The notes under the pieces were generated by a model, which worked only from the letters and a program-made list of their open reading frames with translations, ran no database searches and was not told the DNA's origin. From Candidatus Eiseniibacteriota bacterium (lineage in GTDB: Bacteria; Eisenbacteria; RBG-16-71-46), in the NCBI GenBank assembly GCA_963717505.1, contig OY970342.1:3520001-3584000 (forward strand): a stretch of 64,000 nucleotides of DNA, written 5' to 3'. Below, one piece after another: positions 38,474 to 47,211 of the stretch (its first letter is position 1; each line of letters starts with the position of its first letter). The translations under genes were made by a program, and so were the position numbers.

Positions 38474-39598
38474 TCAGTAGGGGTGTGCGCCGTGCGGGCC
38501 GATGTTGAACGTCCACTTGAAGAACATGGCGTCGTGTTCGCTGTCGTCGAGGGCGTCGCGCACGCGCCGGCCCTGCAGGCTGAGCACCGAGAACTCGCTC
38601 GGCTGGTATTGAAGGAGCGCGAGCGCGCCGCTCACGTGGTCCGGCGCGTCGGGTCGTTCGGTCCAGTCGTATCGCCCACCCACCTTCCACTGGCGCGCAA
38701 ACTGATAGAGCACGTAGCCAAACCAGCCACCCCGACGCTCGGAGTCCTCGCCCGAGCCCTGTTCGCCGAGGAACTCGGCCTGGAGGATCAGGGACCGGTA
38801 GATGCTGCGCCGTGGGTTCTTCCAGCGCAGGATGATGTCGGCACCGCCGAGCTGCGCCCGATTCCCCTCGGGGAGCAGGTCCTCATGGGCGGAAGCATTG
38901 GCGTAGGACATCCCGAGGTTGAGATCGGTGCTCTCGCTGATCGGGACGAATACGCTCGAGCGTCCCACCCACAAGACGTCCGATCGTGAGCGCGACTCGA
39001 ACAGCGGCTGCTCGTCGGGCTCCGGAACCGTGCCGACATTGGCGACCAGGTCCCAATAGAGGTCGAGCGGGTTGGGGATCAGCAGGGACGCCGTGGCGCC
39101 ACTGGTGACCAGACCCTCTTCGCCGAGAAACGCCACGGTCGCGAGGGGACGATCGGCGAAGGGCGTCTCCGGCGGATGCGTGCGATTGAACTTGCCGAGA
39201 TCGGCCCGATACTTCCCGACCTTCGCCTGGCCGCCGCCAGGCAGCGCCAGCCAGGTCAGGTAGCCTTCTTCGACCTCCAGCCCCTCGGGGCCGGCCGACA
39301 GGAAGAAGTCCGCGCGCGTGAACGGGTCCACCGCTGCCTGGAACCCGAGTTCCGCTTCGGGCAGCTCGAAGGGATTCTCCTGGACGGTCGGGTCGTTGCC
39401 TGAGACCGCTTGAAACCAGCCGATCACGCTGATCGCGGGATTGGCGAGCGAGGCGCCGGCGGCGGAGCCGCCGGTCGTCGCGGCGACGTTGGGGTACGAC
39501 GCCGACGGTGCGGCCACAGTGGTGTCAGCAACTTGTCCCTGGGCGACACGCGCCCAGGCCAGCGCAAGCATTACGGCAACCCATGCGAACCGGAGCAT
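38474..39598 (-). CDS. Outer-membrane beta-barrel protein associated with metal uptake
   Basis: Signal peptide; NP.ISVI, E.ELGFQA.VDPF, EEGY, G.FNRTH, amphipathic strands; C-terminus 'F.IGPHGAHPY'. Confidence 0.75.
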   Translation of the reverse strand: MLRFAWVAVMLALAWARVAQGQVADTTVAAPSASYPNVAATTGGSAAGASLANPAISVIGWFQAVSGNDPTVQENPFELPEAELGFQAAVDPFTRADFFLSAGPEGLEVEEGYLTWLALPGGGQAKVGKYRADLGKFNRTHPPETPFADRPLATVAFLGEEGLVTSGATASLLIPNPLDLYWDLVANVGTVPEPDEQPLFESRSRSDVLWVGRSSVFVPISESTDLNLGMSYANASAHEDLLPEGNRAQLGGADIILRWKNPRRSIYRSLILQAEFLGEQGSGEDSERRGGWFGYVLYQFARQWKVGGRYDWTERPDAPDHVSGALALLQYQPSEFSVLSLQGRRVRDALDDSEHDAMFFKWTFNIGPHGAHPY

Positions 39599-39718
39599 CC
39601 GATCGGTCCCCTTTCATGCCCGACGCAAACGGAGCCAATGCGGGCAAGGCGCAGGTCGGCGGGCAGAGTGTCTAGGATTGGCGCCGTTCGGCGCGCCAAG
39701 GCGGGGAAGCGAAGAGTC

Positions 39719-40012
39719 TCAGGCCAGCGGGGGTGCGCGACCTCGGGGAACGGCGGCGGCGATGGAGCGCGGGGTGGTGGGGATTGGGGCGGCCAGGCGT
39801 CTGCTCAGGGACGGGGGAACACCGAGCACGGGGAGAGGTCCGGTTTCCATGGACGTCGAATAAGCCGCCGTGCACACCGCGCAGATGTGGGAGGTGGAGT
39901 CCCCGTGATGCTGGTGTATCCCGATGGCGAGCAGGCCGATGGTCAGCACCAGCCCGACCAAAGGCGAGAGCCACCGAGTGCAGCGCCTGAACGACATGAT
40001 GGATAGGGACAT
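39719..40012 (-). CDS. DUF2946-like leader protein (hydrophobic N-terminus, HQHH, CxxC, Pro-rich linker, C-terminal RAPP)
   Basis: MSLSIMSFRRCTRWLSPLVGLVLTIGLLAIGIHQHHGDSTSHICAVC...PRGRAPPLA*; SD GAGGT before the ATG at 40012. Confidence 0.8.
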   Translation of the reverse strand: MSLSIMSFRRCTRWLSPLVGLVLTIGLLAIGIHQHHGDSTSHICAVCTAAYSTSMETGPLPVLGVPPSLSRRLAAPIPTTPRSIAAAVPRGRAPPLA

Positions 40013-40052
40013 GTCTGAATACCTCACGGCTCGGCCCCACCGAGCTTTCGAG

Positions 40053-40081
40053 AGCGTGGCCATTGAGGGAGGGCGTGTCAA
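40053..40081 (-). promoter_or_regulatory. Candidate sigma70 promoter for the leader/metal-uptake operon
   Basis: Minus strand TTGACA (40081-40076), 17 nt spacer, CACGCT. Confidence 0.5.
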
Positions 40082-40129
40082 GACGTGCGATCGATTGTCC
40101 CGATAGGCCCACCTCGTTAGTCTGCGCTC

Positions 40130-41953
40130 GTGCTCCACCCGAGCCGCCTCCTCGTCCGCCTCCTGCTCCTGGCACTGGTCACCGCCGGCAGCATCGTCGC
40201 CTGGCGCGAGCACATCCGGGCCTGGAACCCGGGCTTCCGCTTGCCGCTCCTGAGCTACGACGCCGCGCAGTACGCGGTCGCCGCGCGCGAGCTGGCGGAC
40301 TACGGGCAGCTGGCAACCATGTATGCGTTGCCGATCGAGCTGTCGAAGCACCCAACACCACCGTGGCCGCTCGCGGTGGTCCAGCCGGGACTGGTGCTGG
40401 CCGAGGCGGCGCTCTTCCGGCTCGCGAAACCGGCGCCCGTGGGGGACGAGCCCGCAGCACCCTTCCGTCTGACTTGGGATCGAGAGTGGCTGGCCCTGGT
40501 CATCCCGTTCTTGAGCTTCGTCGCGCTTGCCCTGCTGATCGCCCTGACCACGGTTCATTTGATCGCAGGTTCGGGAGGGGTCGCGTACCCACTCGGCGCC
40601 ACGGCGGCCGTGGTCGCGGCGTTCGCGTTCCTGCTCGATCCCGAAGCCCAGCACTTCGCCACCGGGGGCTTCACCGAGATGCCGTTCACCCTGGGCTGGC
40701 TCGCCGCGCTCAGCGGGTTCGCGATGCGCAGTGTTCGCCTGCAGAGCCCGTCGGCGCCAGCGGTGCGCACGGGCATTTGGGATCGCGCGCCGCACCTGCC
40801 GTCGCCAACAGCGTTCGCGATCATCACCGGACTCACACTGGGAGTTGCCGGATTGTTCCGCGGCAGCATGCTCTGGATGGCGCCGATCGTGGCGTTCGGG
40901 CTTGCGATCGCGAACCCCGGACTGCGTGCGCGCATGTTCCTGCTGACCCTCTCCGCGTACGCGCTGCCGCTGCTGCCGTGGTGGATCTACAAGTGGCAGG
41001 CGTTCGGCTCACCCGGCTGGGATCTCTCGGCGTTCTCGGTCTGGGATCGTGTCGGCGGCCACTCCTGGTTCTCGCTGTTCCATCTCCCGGAGCTGCCCGA
41101 CCTTCCGCGTGGGGCAGGGGCGTTGGCGGCGATCGCCGGCAAGGTCGCAGGCAATCTGGGCGCCGTGCTGGTCGCGCTGCTTTCGGGATTGCGTGGCCTG
41201 TGGCTGGCTGCACTCGTGGTCTGGGTGTTCCTCGAGCGCCACCGCCCCGGACTCCGCGCGGTCGGCCTGGTCGTGCTGCTCGCGATCGCCGCGAACGTCC
41301 TGGTGGTCGCGGCGAGCGTGCCGGTGCTTCGCTACCTCTTTCCATCGCGAGTCGCGCTCGAATTCGCGGGCCTGCTCGCGACCTGGGATCTGCTCGGCCG
41401 TCTCTTCCGCTTCGGCGCCACGCCGACCGGGATCATCGCGTTGCGGACCGGTGTCGCGGCACTGGTCCTGGCCTGGGGCGTTACGCAGATGTCGCGTGGA
41501 CTGGTCGAGGCGCGAGCGACCGCCGGCGAGCGCGGACTGCCGATTCGCATGTCGCTGGTCGATCTGGCCGGCATGGTGCGTCGCGAGGTCGGCGAGGACG
41601 AGGCGGTGATGAGCAATCTCGGGCCGACGCTCGCCTGGCAGACCGGCCGCCCCGTGGTTCACCTCGCGCTGACTCCGGCCGACGTCGACGCTTGCCGGCG
41701 ACTGCTCGACACGCGGCACGTGATCCTGGCTTTCCGCGGAGCCGAGCGCGCGTGGCCCGGTTGGAACGAATTGATGGCCGATCCCGGCGCCGCACCCTCG
41801 CGCCCGGAATGGAACGTAGCGCGCGTGCGCGCGTTTCAGAGCGCTGATGGCTTCTCGATCGTCTGGCTCGAGATGGGCCCGCTCGACGGAGGGCCCAGAG
41901 ACTCGCCAGGCGCCGCGATCGATGAGCCATCAGGAGCCGGTGGCGACCGATGA
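40130..41953 (+). CDS. Polytopic membrane protein, probable GT-C fold glycosyltransferase
   Basis: 607 aa with about 11-13 TM segments; 'YDAAQY...AREL..G' first loop and 'TEMPF' resemble GT39/PMT-like enzymes. Confidence 0.55.
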   Translation: MLHPSRLLVRLLLLALVTAGSIVAWREHIRAWNPGFRLPLLSYDAAQYAVAARELADYGQLATMYALPIELSKHPTPPWPLAVVQPGLVLAEAALFRLAKPAPVGDEPAAPFRLTWDREWLALVIPFLSFVALALLIALTTVHLIAGSGGVAYPLGATAAVVAAFAFLLDPEAQHFATGGFTEMPFTLGWLAALSGFAMRSVRLQSPSAPAVRTGIWDRAPHLPSPTAFAIITGLTLGVAGLFRGSMLWMAPIVAFGLAIANPGLRARMFLLTLSAYALPLLPWWIYKWQAFGSPGWDLSAFSVWDRVGGHSWFSLFHLPELPDLPRGAGALAAIAGKVAGNLGAVLVALLSGLRGLWLAALVVWVFLERHRPGLRAVGLVVLLAIAANVLVVAASVPVLRYLFPSRVALEFAGLLATWDLLGRLFRFGATPTGIIALRTGVAALVLAWGVTQMSRGLVEARATAGERGLPIRMSLVDLAGMVRREVGEDEAVMSNLGPTLAWQTGRPVVHLALTPADVDACRRLLDTRHVILAFRGAERAWPGWNELMADPGAAPSRPEWNVARVRAFQSADGFSIVWLEMGPLDGGPRDSPGAAIDEPSGAGGDR

Positions 41954-42954
41954 GCCCGCCGGCCTCTCCCGAACCCGAACGTTTCGCTCCGCACGCCACC
42001 CGCGAGATGGCCCGGATGTTCGACAGCGTGACCGCGCGCTATGCGTTGCTCAACCGCATCATGACGCTGGGTCAGGATGCGAGCTGGCGCCGTGCGATGT
42101 GGTCGTCGGTGCCGGAACCCGCGCGGATCGTGCTCGACCTGTGCACCGGCGACGGCTCGTCGCTTCCCGGCCTGCGCCGGCCCGGCCGCCTGGTGATCGG
42201 GCTCGACGTGAGTCTCGGCATGCTGCACGCAGCAGCCGCCGAAGAACGGCGCACCGGATGGGCGCCGCGTCTGGTCGGCGGCGATGCCTTCCGATTGCCC
42301 TTTCGCGACGCGAGCATCGACGCGATCACGATCGCGTTCGGCATGCGCAACCTGCGCCCGCGATCGGGGGCGGTTTCCGAGATCGCGCGCGTGCTGCGGC
42401 CGGGGGGCATCCTGGTGGTGCTCGAGGCTACAGGCCCCGACCCGGGGCCGATGGCCCCGCTCCATCGCTTCTGGGTTTCGAACGTCATCCCGCTGCTGGG
42501 TCGAATGTCGCCGGATCCGTCGGCCTATCGGTATCTCGCCGACTCGGTGCTCGAGTTCGGCACCGGGTCGACGTTCCTCGGCCCGCTCGCGTCCGAATTC
42601 GAGCCGCCAAGGGAGCGTCGCTTCCTCCTGGGGGCGACGCGGCTGTGGGTGGTGCGCCGGAGCGGGGGGGAAGGTGTGCAGGATGCACGGCTCACCGTCC
42701 CGACTCGGCGCCCGACTCCGGTTCCGCAAGGCGAGCAAAGAGCGTGGTCGGCCCTTCAGGGGCTGCTTTCGGTGGCGCTGGCGGTCAGCCTCATCTGGGC
42801 TGCCATGATTCTGGTCGACATTCGGCATCACTTGCCACTCGACCGCTCTCGGCGCTGGATCCTGGGTGCGCTAGCCGCCGGGACGGCAGCGTTCTTTTTG
42901 GTCCGGTCCGTCTTGTCCCTCCAGCGACTGTTTCGACCGGGCCCCCGCGCGTAG
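41950..42954 (+). CDS. UbiE/MenG-family SAM methyltransferase with C-terminal TM extension
   Basis: MFD.V..RY.LLN..MTLG.D..WRR, VLDLCTG.G, DA..LPF.D.S.D.ITIAFG.RN, E..RVLRPGG, AY.YL.DS. Confidence 0.8.
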   Translation: MSPPASPEPERFAPHATREMARMFDSVTARYALLNRIMTLGQDASWRRAMWSSVPEPARIVLDLCTGDGSSLPGLRRPGRLVIGLDVSLGMLHAAAAEERRTGWAPRLVGGDAFRLPFRDASIDAITIAFGMRNLRPRSGAVSEIARVLRPGGILVVLEATGPDPGPMAPLHRFWVSNVIPLLGRMSPDPSAYRYLADSVLEFGTGSTFLGPLASEFEPPRERRFLLGATRLWVVRRSGGEGVQDARLTVPTRRPTPVPQGEQRAWSALQGLLSVALAVSLIWAAMILVDIRHHLPLDRSRRWILGALAAGTAAFFLVRSVLSLQRLFRPGPRA

Positions 42955-43043
42955 CGATTTCCCCCAAATGGTCGGGCGCTGGTTGCCGATAACGGTCTAG
43001 CCAGTCACGTATCTCGTTCGACCGCGACCACTTGGGGACACGG

Positions 43044-44048
43044 ATGCTCCGCGAGAACCCAACGGAACAGCTCCTGGGACTATTCGCCCAGCCACCGGCG
43101 TCGCGCGCCGACCTGATCGAGCGGGTGCTCTCTCTTGCCCTCGAACTGATCGCCGCCGATGGGGTCAGCCTGATCGCAAGCGACACGCGTGCCTTCGAAC
43201 GCTGGACGTTGCGCCGCGGCGAGGGACCGCCGACCTCGGATCGGATTCCGCGTGGCAGCGCCCGTCTCGCGCGTTCGATCATGACCGGACCGCTGCCCCT
43301 GTCGCTGCCTGACTTCTCGGCGAGCGGACGGGTGGGAGTCGAAGGAGTGTGCGCAGGGATCGACGCCGGGCCGGCGCTATTCGTGCCGATGAGTTCGCGC
43401 GGCGTGGTTCACGGCAGCCTCGCGACTTTCCGTGCCCGCGGCGCGGCGCCGTTCACGCCGGAGGAGACTCGCAATCTGCTGATGCTCGGCGGTTGGATCA
43501 GCGTGGCGCTCGACAATCTCAAGCTGCGCGAGAGCGTCGAACGGCTGGCGGTGACCGACGACCTGACCCAGGTCTACAACTATCGCTTCCTCAAGACTGC
43601 GCTGCGCCGCGAGACCCGGCGCGCCGCGCGCTACAACCAGGAGCTGGCGCTGGTGATGATCGACGTCGACAATCTCAAGACCTACAACGACCGTAACGGT
43701 CATATGCGTGGCAGTCTGCTGCTGCGCGAGATCGCCCGATTGTTCACCACGCAAACGAGATCGTGGGATCTGGTCGCCAAGTACGGCGGCGACGAGTTCA
43801 CGCTGATCCTGCCGCAAACCGGCATGGAAGGCGCCTGCATCGTGGCCGAGCGCATGCGCGCCGCGGTCGAGAATCACACGTTCGCGCTCGCCCCGCGCGG
43901 CAGCATCACCATCAGCCTGGGAGTCGCGGTCTTCCCGCACCACGGCAGCGACTCGATTTCGCTGATCCGCGCCGCCGATCGCGTCCTCTACCAGGCCAAA
44001 CGCAGTGGTCGCAATCGAGTTGCGACCTGCGAAGCCAAAGCAGCGTGA
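43044..44048 (+). CDS. GAF-GGDEF diguanylate cyclase
   Basis: TDDLT..YN.R, D.D..K..ND..GH..G, RSWD (I-site RxxD), YGGDEF, AD..LY.AK..GRN. Confidence 0.9.
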   Translation: MLRENPTEQLLGLFAQPPASRADLIERVLSLALELIAADGVSLIASDTRAFERWTLRRGEGPPTSDRIPRGSARLARSIMTGPLPLSLPDFSASGRVGVEGVCAGIDAGPALFVPMSSRGVVHGSLATFRARGAAPFTPEETRNLLMLGGWISVALDNLKLRESVERLAVTDDLTQVYNYRFLKTALRRETRRAARYNQELALVMIDVDNLKTYNDRNGHMRGSLLLREIARLFTTQTRSWDLVAKYGGDEFTLILPQTGMEGACIVAERMRAAVENHTFALAPRGSITISLGVAVFPHHGSDSISLIRAADRVLYQAKRSGRNRVATCEAKAA

Positions 44049-44062
44049 GGGGCCGATGCGCG

Positions 44063-44090
44063 TTGACCGATGTTCCAAAGCTGATAGGAT
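44063..44090 (+). promoter_or_regulatory. Sigma70 promoter for the sugar-nucleotide genes
   Basis: TTGACC, 16 nt spacer, TAGGAT with an extended -10 TG. Confidence 0.55.
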
Positions 44091-44156
44091 CATTCGCCCC
44101 GGATGCGGCGACGCGTATCCGGGTTGTTTGTTCGGCGCGGTGGTGAAGGAGTGAAG

Positions 44157-45191
44157 GTGGAATCGATCGGCATCGGAGTGGTCGGGACCGGCGACTGGGG
44201 CGCCAACCTGGTCCGTAACTTCGCCGGCCTGCCTGGAGCCCGGCTCGTAGCCGTCTGCGACGCCGATCCCAAGCGTTTGAGCACGACCACCGCGCGCTAC
44301 CCCGACGCCCAGGGCTTCGAGCACATGGACGGCGTCGCCAACCACGCCGACGTGCGCGGTGTCGTGGTCGCGGCTTCGGCGGTCCACCACTACCCGATTG
44401 CACGGCGGATGCTCGAGGCCGGCAAAGACGTGTTCGTCGAGAAGCCGCTGGCGCTCGAAGTCGCTCACGCCGAGGAGTTGGTCCAACTCGCGGCGCGCCA
44501 GCAGCGCATCCTGATGGTCGGCCACCTGCTGCTCTACCACCCGGCGGTCCGCTACCTCAAGGGCCTGGTCGAGCGGGGCGAACTGGGCGAGCTGCGCTAC
44601 CTCTATTCCCAGCGCGTCAACCTCGGCAAGGTGCGCAAGGACGAGAACGCGCTCTGGAGCTTCGCACCCCACGACCTGTCGGTGATCCTGCACCTGCTCG
44701 ACGCCGAGCCGGTCGACGTCGTGGCGCGCGGGTCGGCCTTCCTACAACGCGGCGTCGAAGACGTGGTGTTCGTCGATCTCCGATTCCCCGACGGCCGCCT
44801 GGCGCACGTCCACGTGTCGTGGCTCGATCCGCACAAGCTGCGCAAGTTCACGGTGGTCGGCAGCCAGAAGATGGCGGTGTTCGACGACATGGAGGCGAGC
44901 GAGAAGCTCCGGATCTACGACAAGGGCGTCGATCGCGCCGGCGAGATCGTTTCCTACGGCGATTCGCTCACGGTGCGTAGCGGCGACATCCTGATTCCCA
45001 AGATCTCGCTGCAGGAGCCCCTGCGCCTCGAGTGCCAGCACTTCGTCGACTGCATCCGCGACCGGAAGACGCCGGTCACCGACGGCCGCGACGGCCTCCG
45101 GGTGGTCAAGGTCCTCGCGGCGGCGCAGGCGTCGCTCGACGCCGGCGGCGCGCCGATGCCGGTCGCGGGGGAGAAGGCGGTGCACTCGTGA
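44157..45191 (+). CDS. Gfo/Idh/MocA oxidoreductase (WbpB/WlbA-like)
   Basis: GVVGTG.WG.NL.RNF, VFVEKP, LMVGH, APHDLS, VSWL.P.K.R, EPL..EC.HF. Confidence 0.85.
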   Translation: MESIGIGVVGTGDWGANLVRNFAGLPGARLVAVCDADPKRLSTTTARYPDAQGFEHMDGVANHADVRGVVVAASAVHHYPIARRMLEAGKDVFVEKPLALEVAHAEELVQLAARQQRILMVGHLLLYHPAVRYLKGLVERGELGELRYLYSQRVNLGKVRKDENALWSFAPHDLSVILHLLDAEPVDVVARGSAFLQRGVEDVVFVDLRFPDGRLAHVHVSWLDPHKLRKFTVVGSQKMAVFDDMEASEKLRIYDKGVDRAGEIVSYGDSLTVRSGDILIPKISLQEPLRLECQHFVDCIRDRKTPVTDGRDGLRVVKVLAAAQASLDAGGAPMPVAGEKAVHS

Positions 45192-45955
45192 ACTCGACCA
45201 CCACCACCGTCCACCCGACCGCCACGCTGGGCGAGGGCACGGTGCTCGGCGAACACAGCGTGGTCGGCGCGCACGTGCGCCTGGGTCCCGGATGCGTGGT
45301 CGGCAACTTCGTCGTCCTGCACGCCGACACGACCGTCGGGCGCGAGGTCCGCATCGACGACCACGCGGTGCTCGGCAAGTTGCCGATGCGGGCGGCCAAC
45401 TCGGCGACCACTAAGGAGCAGGCCCTGCCGCCTCTGACCCTGGGCGACGGCTGCATCGTCGGCACCGGGGTCGTGCTCTACCGCGGGGCCACGATCGACG
45501 CCAAGGTCCTGATCGCCGACCTGGCGACGGTGCGCGAAAACGTCTCGGTCGGCCGCGGAACCATCGTCGGCCGCGGGGTGACCGTCGAAAACGTGTGCAC
45601 GATCGGGCGCTACTGCAAGCTCGAGAGCGAGTGCTACATTACCGCCTACTCGACGCTAGAGGACCGGGTATTCGTGGCGCCGGGCGTGGTCACGTCCAAC
45701 GACAACTTCGTCGGGCGTACGGCCGAGCGCTTCAAGCACTTCAAGGGCGTCACCGTCCGCCGCGGCGGGCGGATCGGCGCGGGCGCGGTGTTGTTGCCCG
45801 GGATCACGGTCGGCGAGGACGCGCTGGTTGCGGCCGGGTCGCTGGTCACCCGCGATGTCCCGGCGCGGACCATCGTGCGCGGTAGTCCGGCCCGGACCTG
45901 GCGCGAAGTCCCGGTCGAGCAGCTGCTCGAAAACCAAGGGTGGAGCGACTCGTGA
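45188..45955 (+). CDS. Hexapeptide-repeat N-acetyltransferase (WbpD/WlbB-like)
   Basis: Left-handed beta-helix hexapeptides; 'IGAGA.LLPG.TVG..A.V.AGS.VTRDVP'. Confidence 0.85.
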   Translation: MNSTTTTVHPTATLGEGTVLGEHSVVGAHVRLGPGCVVGNFVVLHADTTVGREVRIDDHAVLGKLPMRAANSATTKEQALPPLTLGDGCIVGTGVVLYRGATIDAKVLIADLATVRENVSVGRGTIVGRGVTVENVCTIGRYCKLESECYITAYSTLEDRVFVAPGVVTSNDNFVGRTAERFKHFKGVTVRRGGRIGAGAVLLPGITVGEDALVAAGSLVTRDVPARTIVRGSPARTWREVPVEQLLENQGWSDS

Positions 45956-45974
45956 ATCGGAAGGAGCGTGGTCG

Positions 45975-47099
45975 ATGAGCACCAAGACCCTGATGACGGT
46001 CCCGCTGCTCGATCTCAAGGCGCAGTACGAAACCATCCGCGCCGAGATCGACGATGCGGTGCGACGGGTCATGGAGAGCACCCGTTTCATCGGCGGCCCC
46101 GAGGTTTCGAGCCTCGAGGAGGAAGTGGCGCGTTACTCGAAGTGCACGCACGGCATCGCGTGCGCATCCGGCACCGACGCCCTGATCCTGGCCATGCGCG
46201 CGCTCGACATTGGTCCGGGCGACGAGGTCGTGACCAGCGCCTACTCGTTCTTCGCCAGCGCCGGCACGGTCGCCAACGTCGGCGCGACCCCGGTGTTCGT
46301 CGACATCGATCCCCGCACCTACAACCTCGATCCGCACGCCCTCGAGGCCGCGATCACGCCGCGCACCAAGGCGGTGATCGCCGTCCACCTTTACGGGCAG
46401 TGCTGCGATCTCGGTGCGGTGCGCGCGGTGTGCGACAAGCGCCAGGTCTGGCTGATCGAGGATGCGGCGCAAGCAATCGGCTCGGAGTGGGAGGGCCAGC
46501 GCGCGGGGTCGGTCGGCGACTTCGGGTGCTTCTCGTTCTTCCCGTCCAAGAACCTGGGCGGCGCCGGCGACGGCGGCATGATGGTGTCGAACCACGCCGA
46601 GTTCGCAGACCGTGCCCGGCTCCTGCGCGAGCACGGCGCCAAGCCGAAGTACTACCACACGATCATCGGAACCAACTCACGGCTCGACGCCCTTCAGGCG
46701 GCGATCCTGCGCGTCAAACTCAAGCACCTCGACCGTTGGAGCGAGATGCGGGCCAAGAACGCCGCCCTCTACGACCAGCTGCTCGAGGGCGCCCCGGTCG
46801 GTCGCCCGTGGAAGGATCCGCGCACCCGGCACATCTACAACCAGTATGTGATCCGATCCGCCAAGCGTGGCGCGCTCAAGCAGCATCTGTCGGATCGTGG
46901 GATCGGCACCGAGATCTACTACCCGGTGCCGCTCCATCTTCAGGAGTGCTTTGCCGCCCTCGGCCACCGGCGTGGCGACATGCCGCAGTCCGAGGCCGCG
47001 GCCGACGAAACCCTTGCCCTGCCCATCTATCCCGAGCTGGGCGAGGAGCGCATTCGTTACGTGGCCCACGCCATCAAGGAGTTCACCGAACAGAGCTGA
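45975..47099 (+). CDS. DegT/DnrJ/EryC1/StrS aminotransferase (WbpE/WlbC-like)
   Basis: VPLLDL.AQY, SGTDAL, VHLYGQ, IEDAAQA.G, FSFFPSKNLG..GDGG, NSRLDALQAA. Confidence 0.92.
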   Translation: MSTKTLMTVPLLDLKAQYETIRAEIDDAVRRVMESTRFIGGPEVSSLEEEVARYSKCTHGIACASGTDALILAMRALDIGPGDEVVTSAYSFFASAGTVANVGATPVFVDIDPRTYNLDPHALEAAITPRTKAVIAVHLYGQCCDLGAVRAVCDKRQVWLIEDAAQAIGSEWEGQRAGSVGDFGCFSFFPSKNLGGAGDGGMMVSNHAEFADRARLLREHGAKPKYYHTIIGTNSRLDALQAAILRVKLKHLDRWSEMRAKNAALYDQLLEGAPVGRPWKDPRTRHIYNQYVIRSAKRGALKQHLSDRGIGTEIYYPVPLHLQECFAALGHRRGDMPQSEAAADETLALPIYPELGEERIRYVAHAIKEFTEQS

Positions 47100-47211
47100 C
47101 TTCGAACCCCCCGGCGCGCGACCTTCCCCGCCCTGAAGCCGCGCACCGGTTCGCAACCGCTCGGTCACGTTCCTGGCGCCAGCCCCGGCGCCGGAGCGGA
47201 CGGATCGTTCC

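Noticed and set aside
40087-40098. Zur/Fur-like operator (GCGATCGATTGT) next to the leader promoter
   Set aside because: Only a 6-bp perfect core (ATCGAT), which is too weak to call without a lineage-specific motif.
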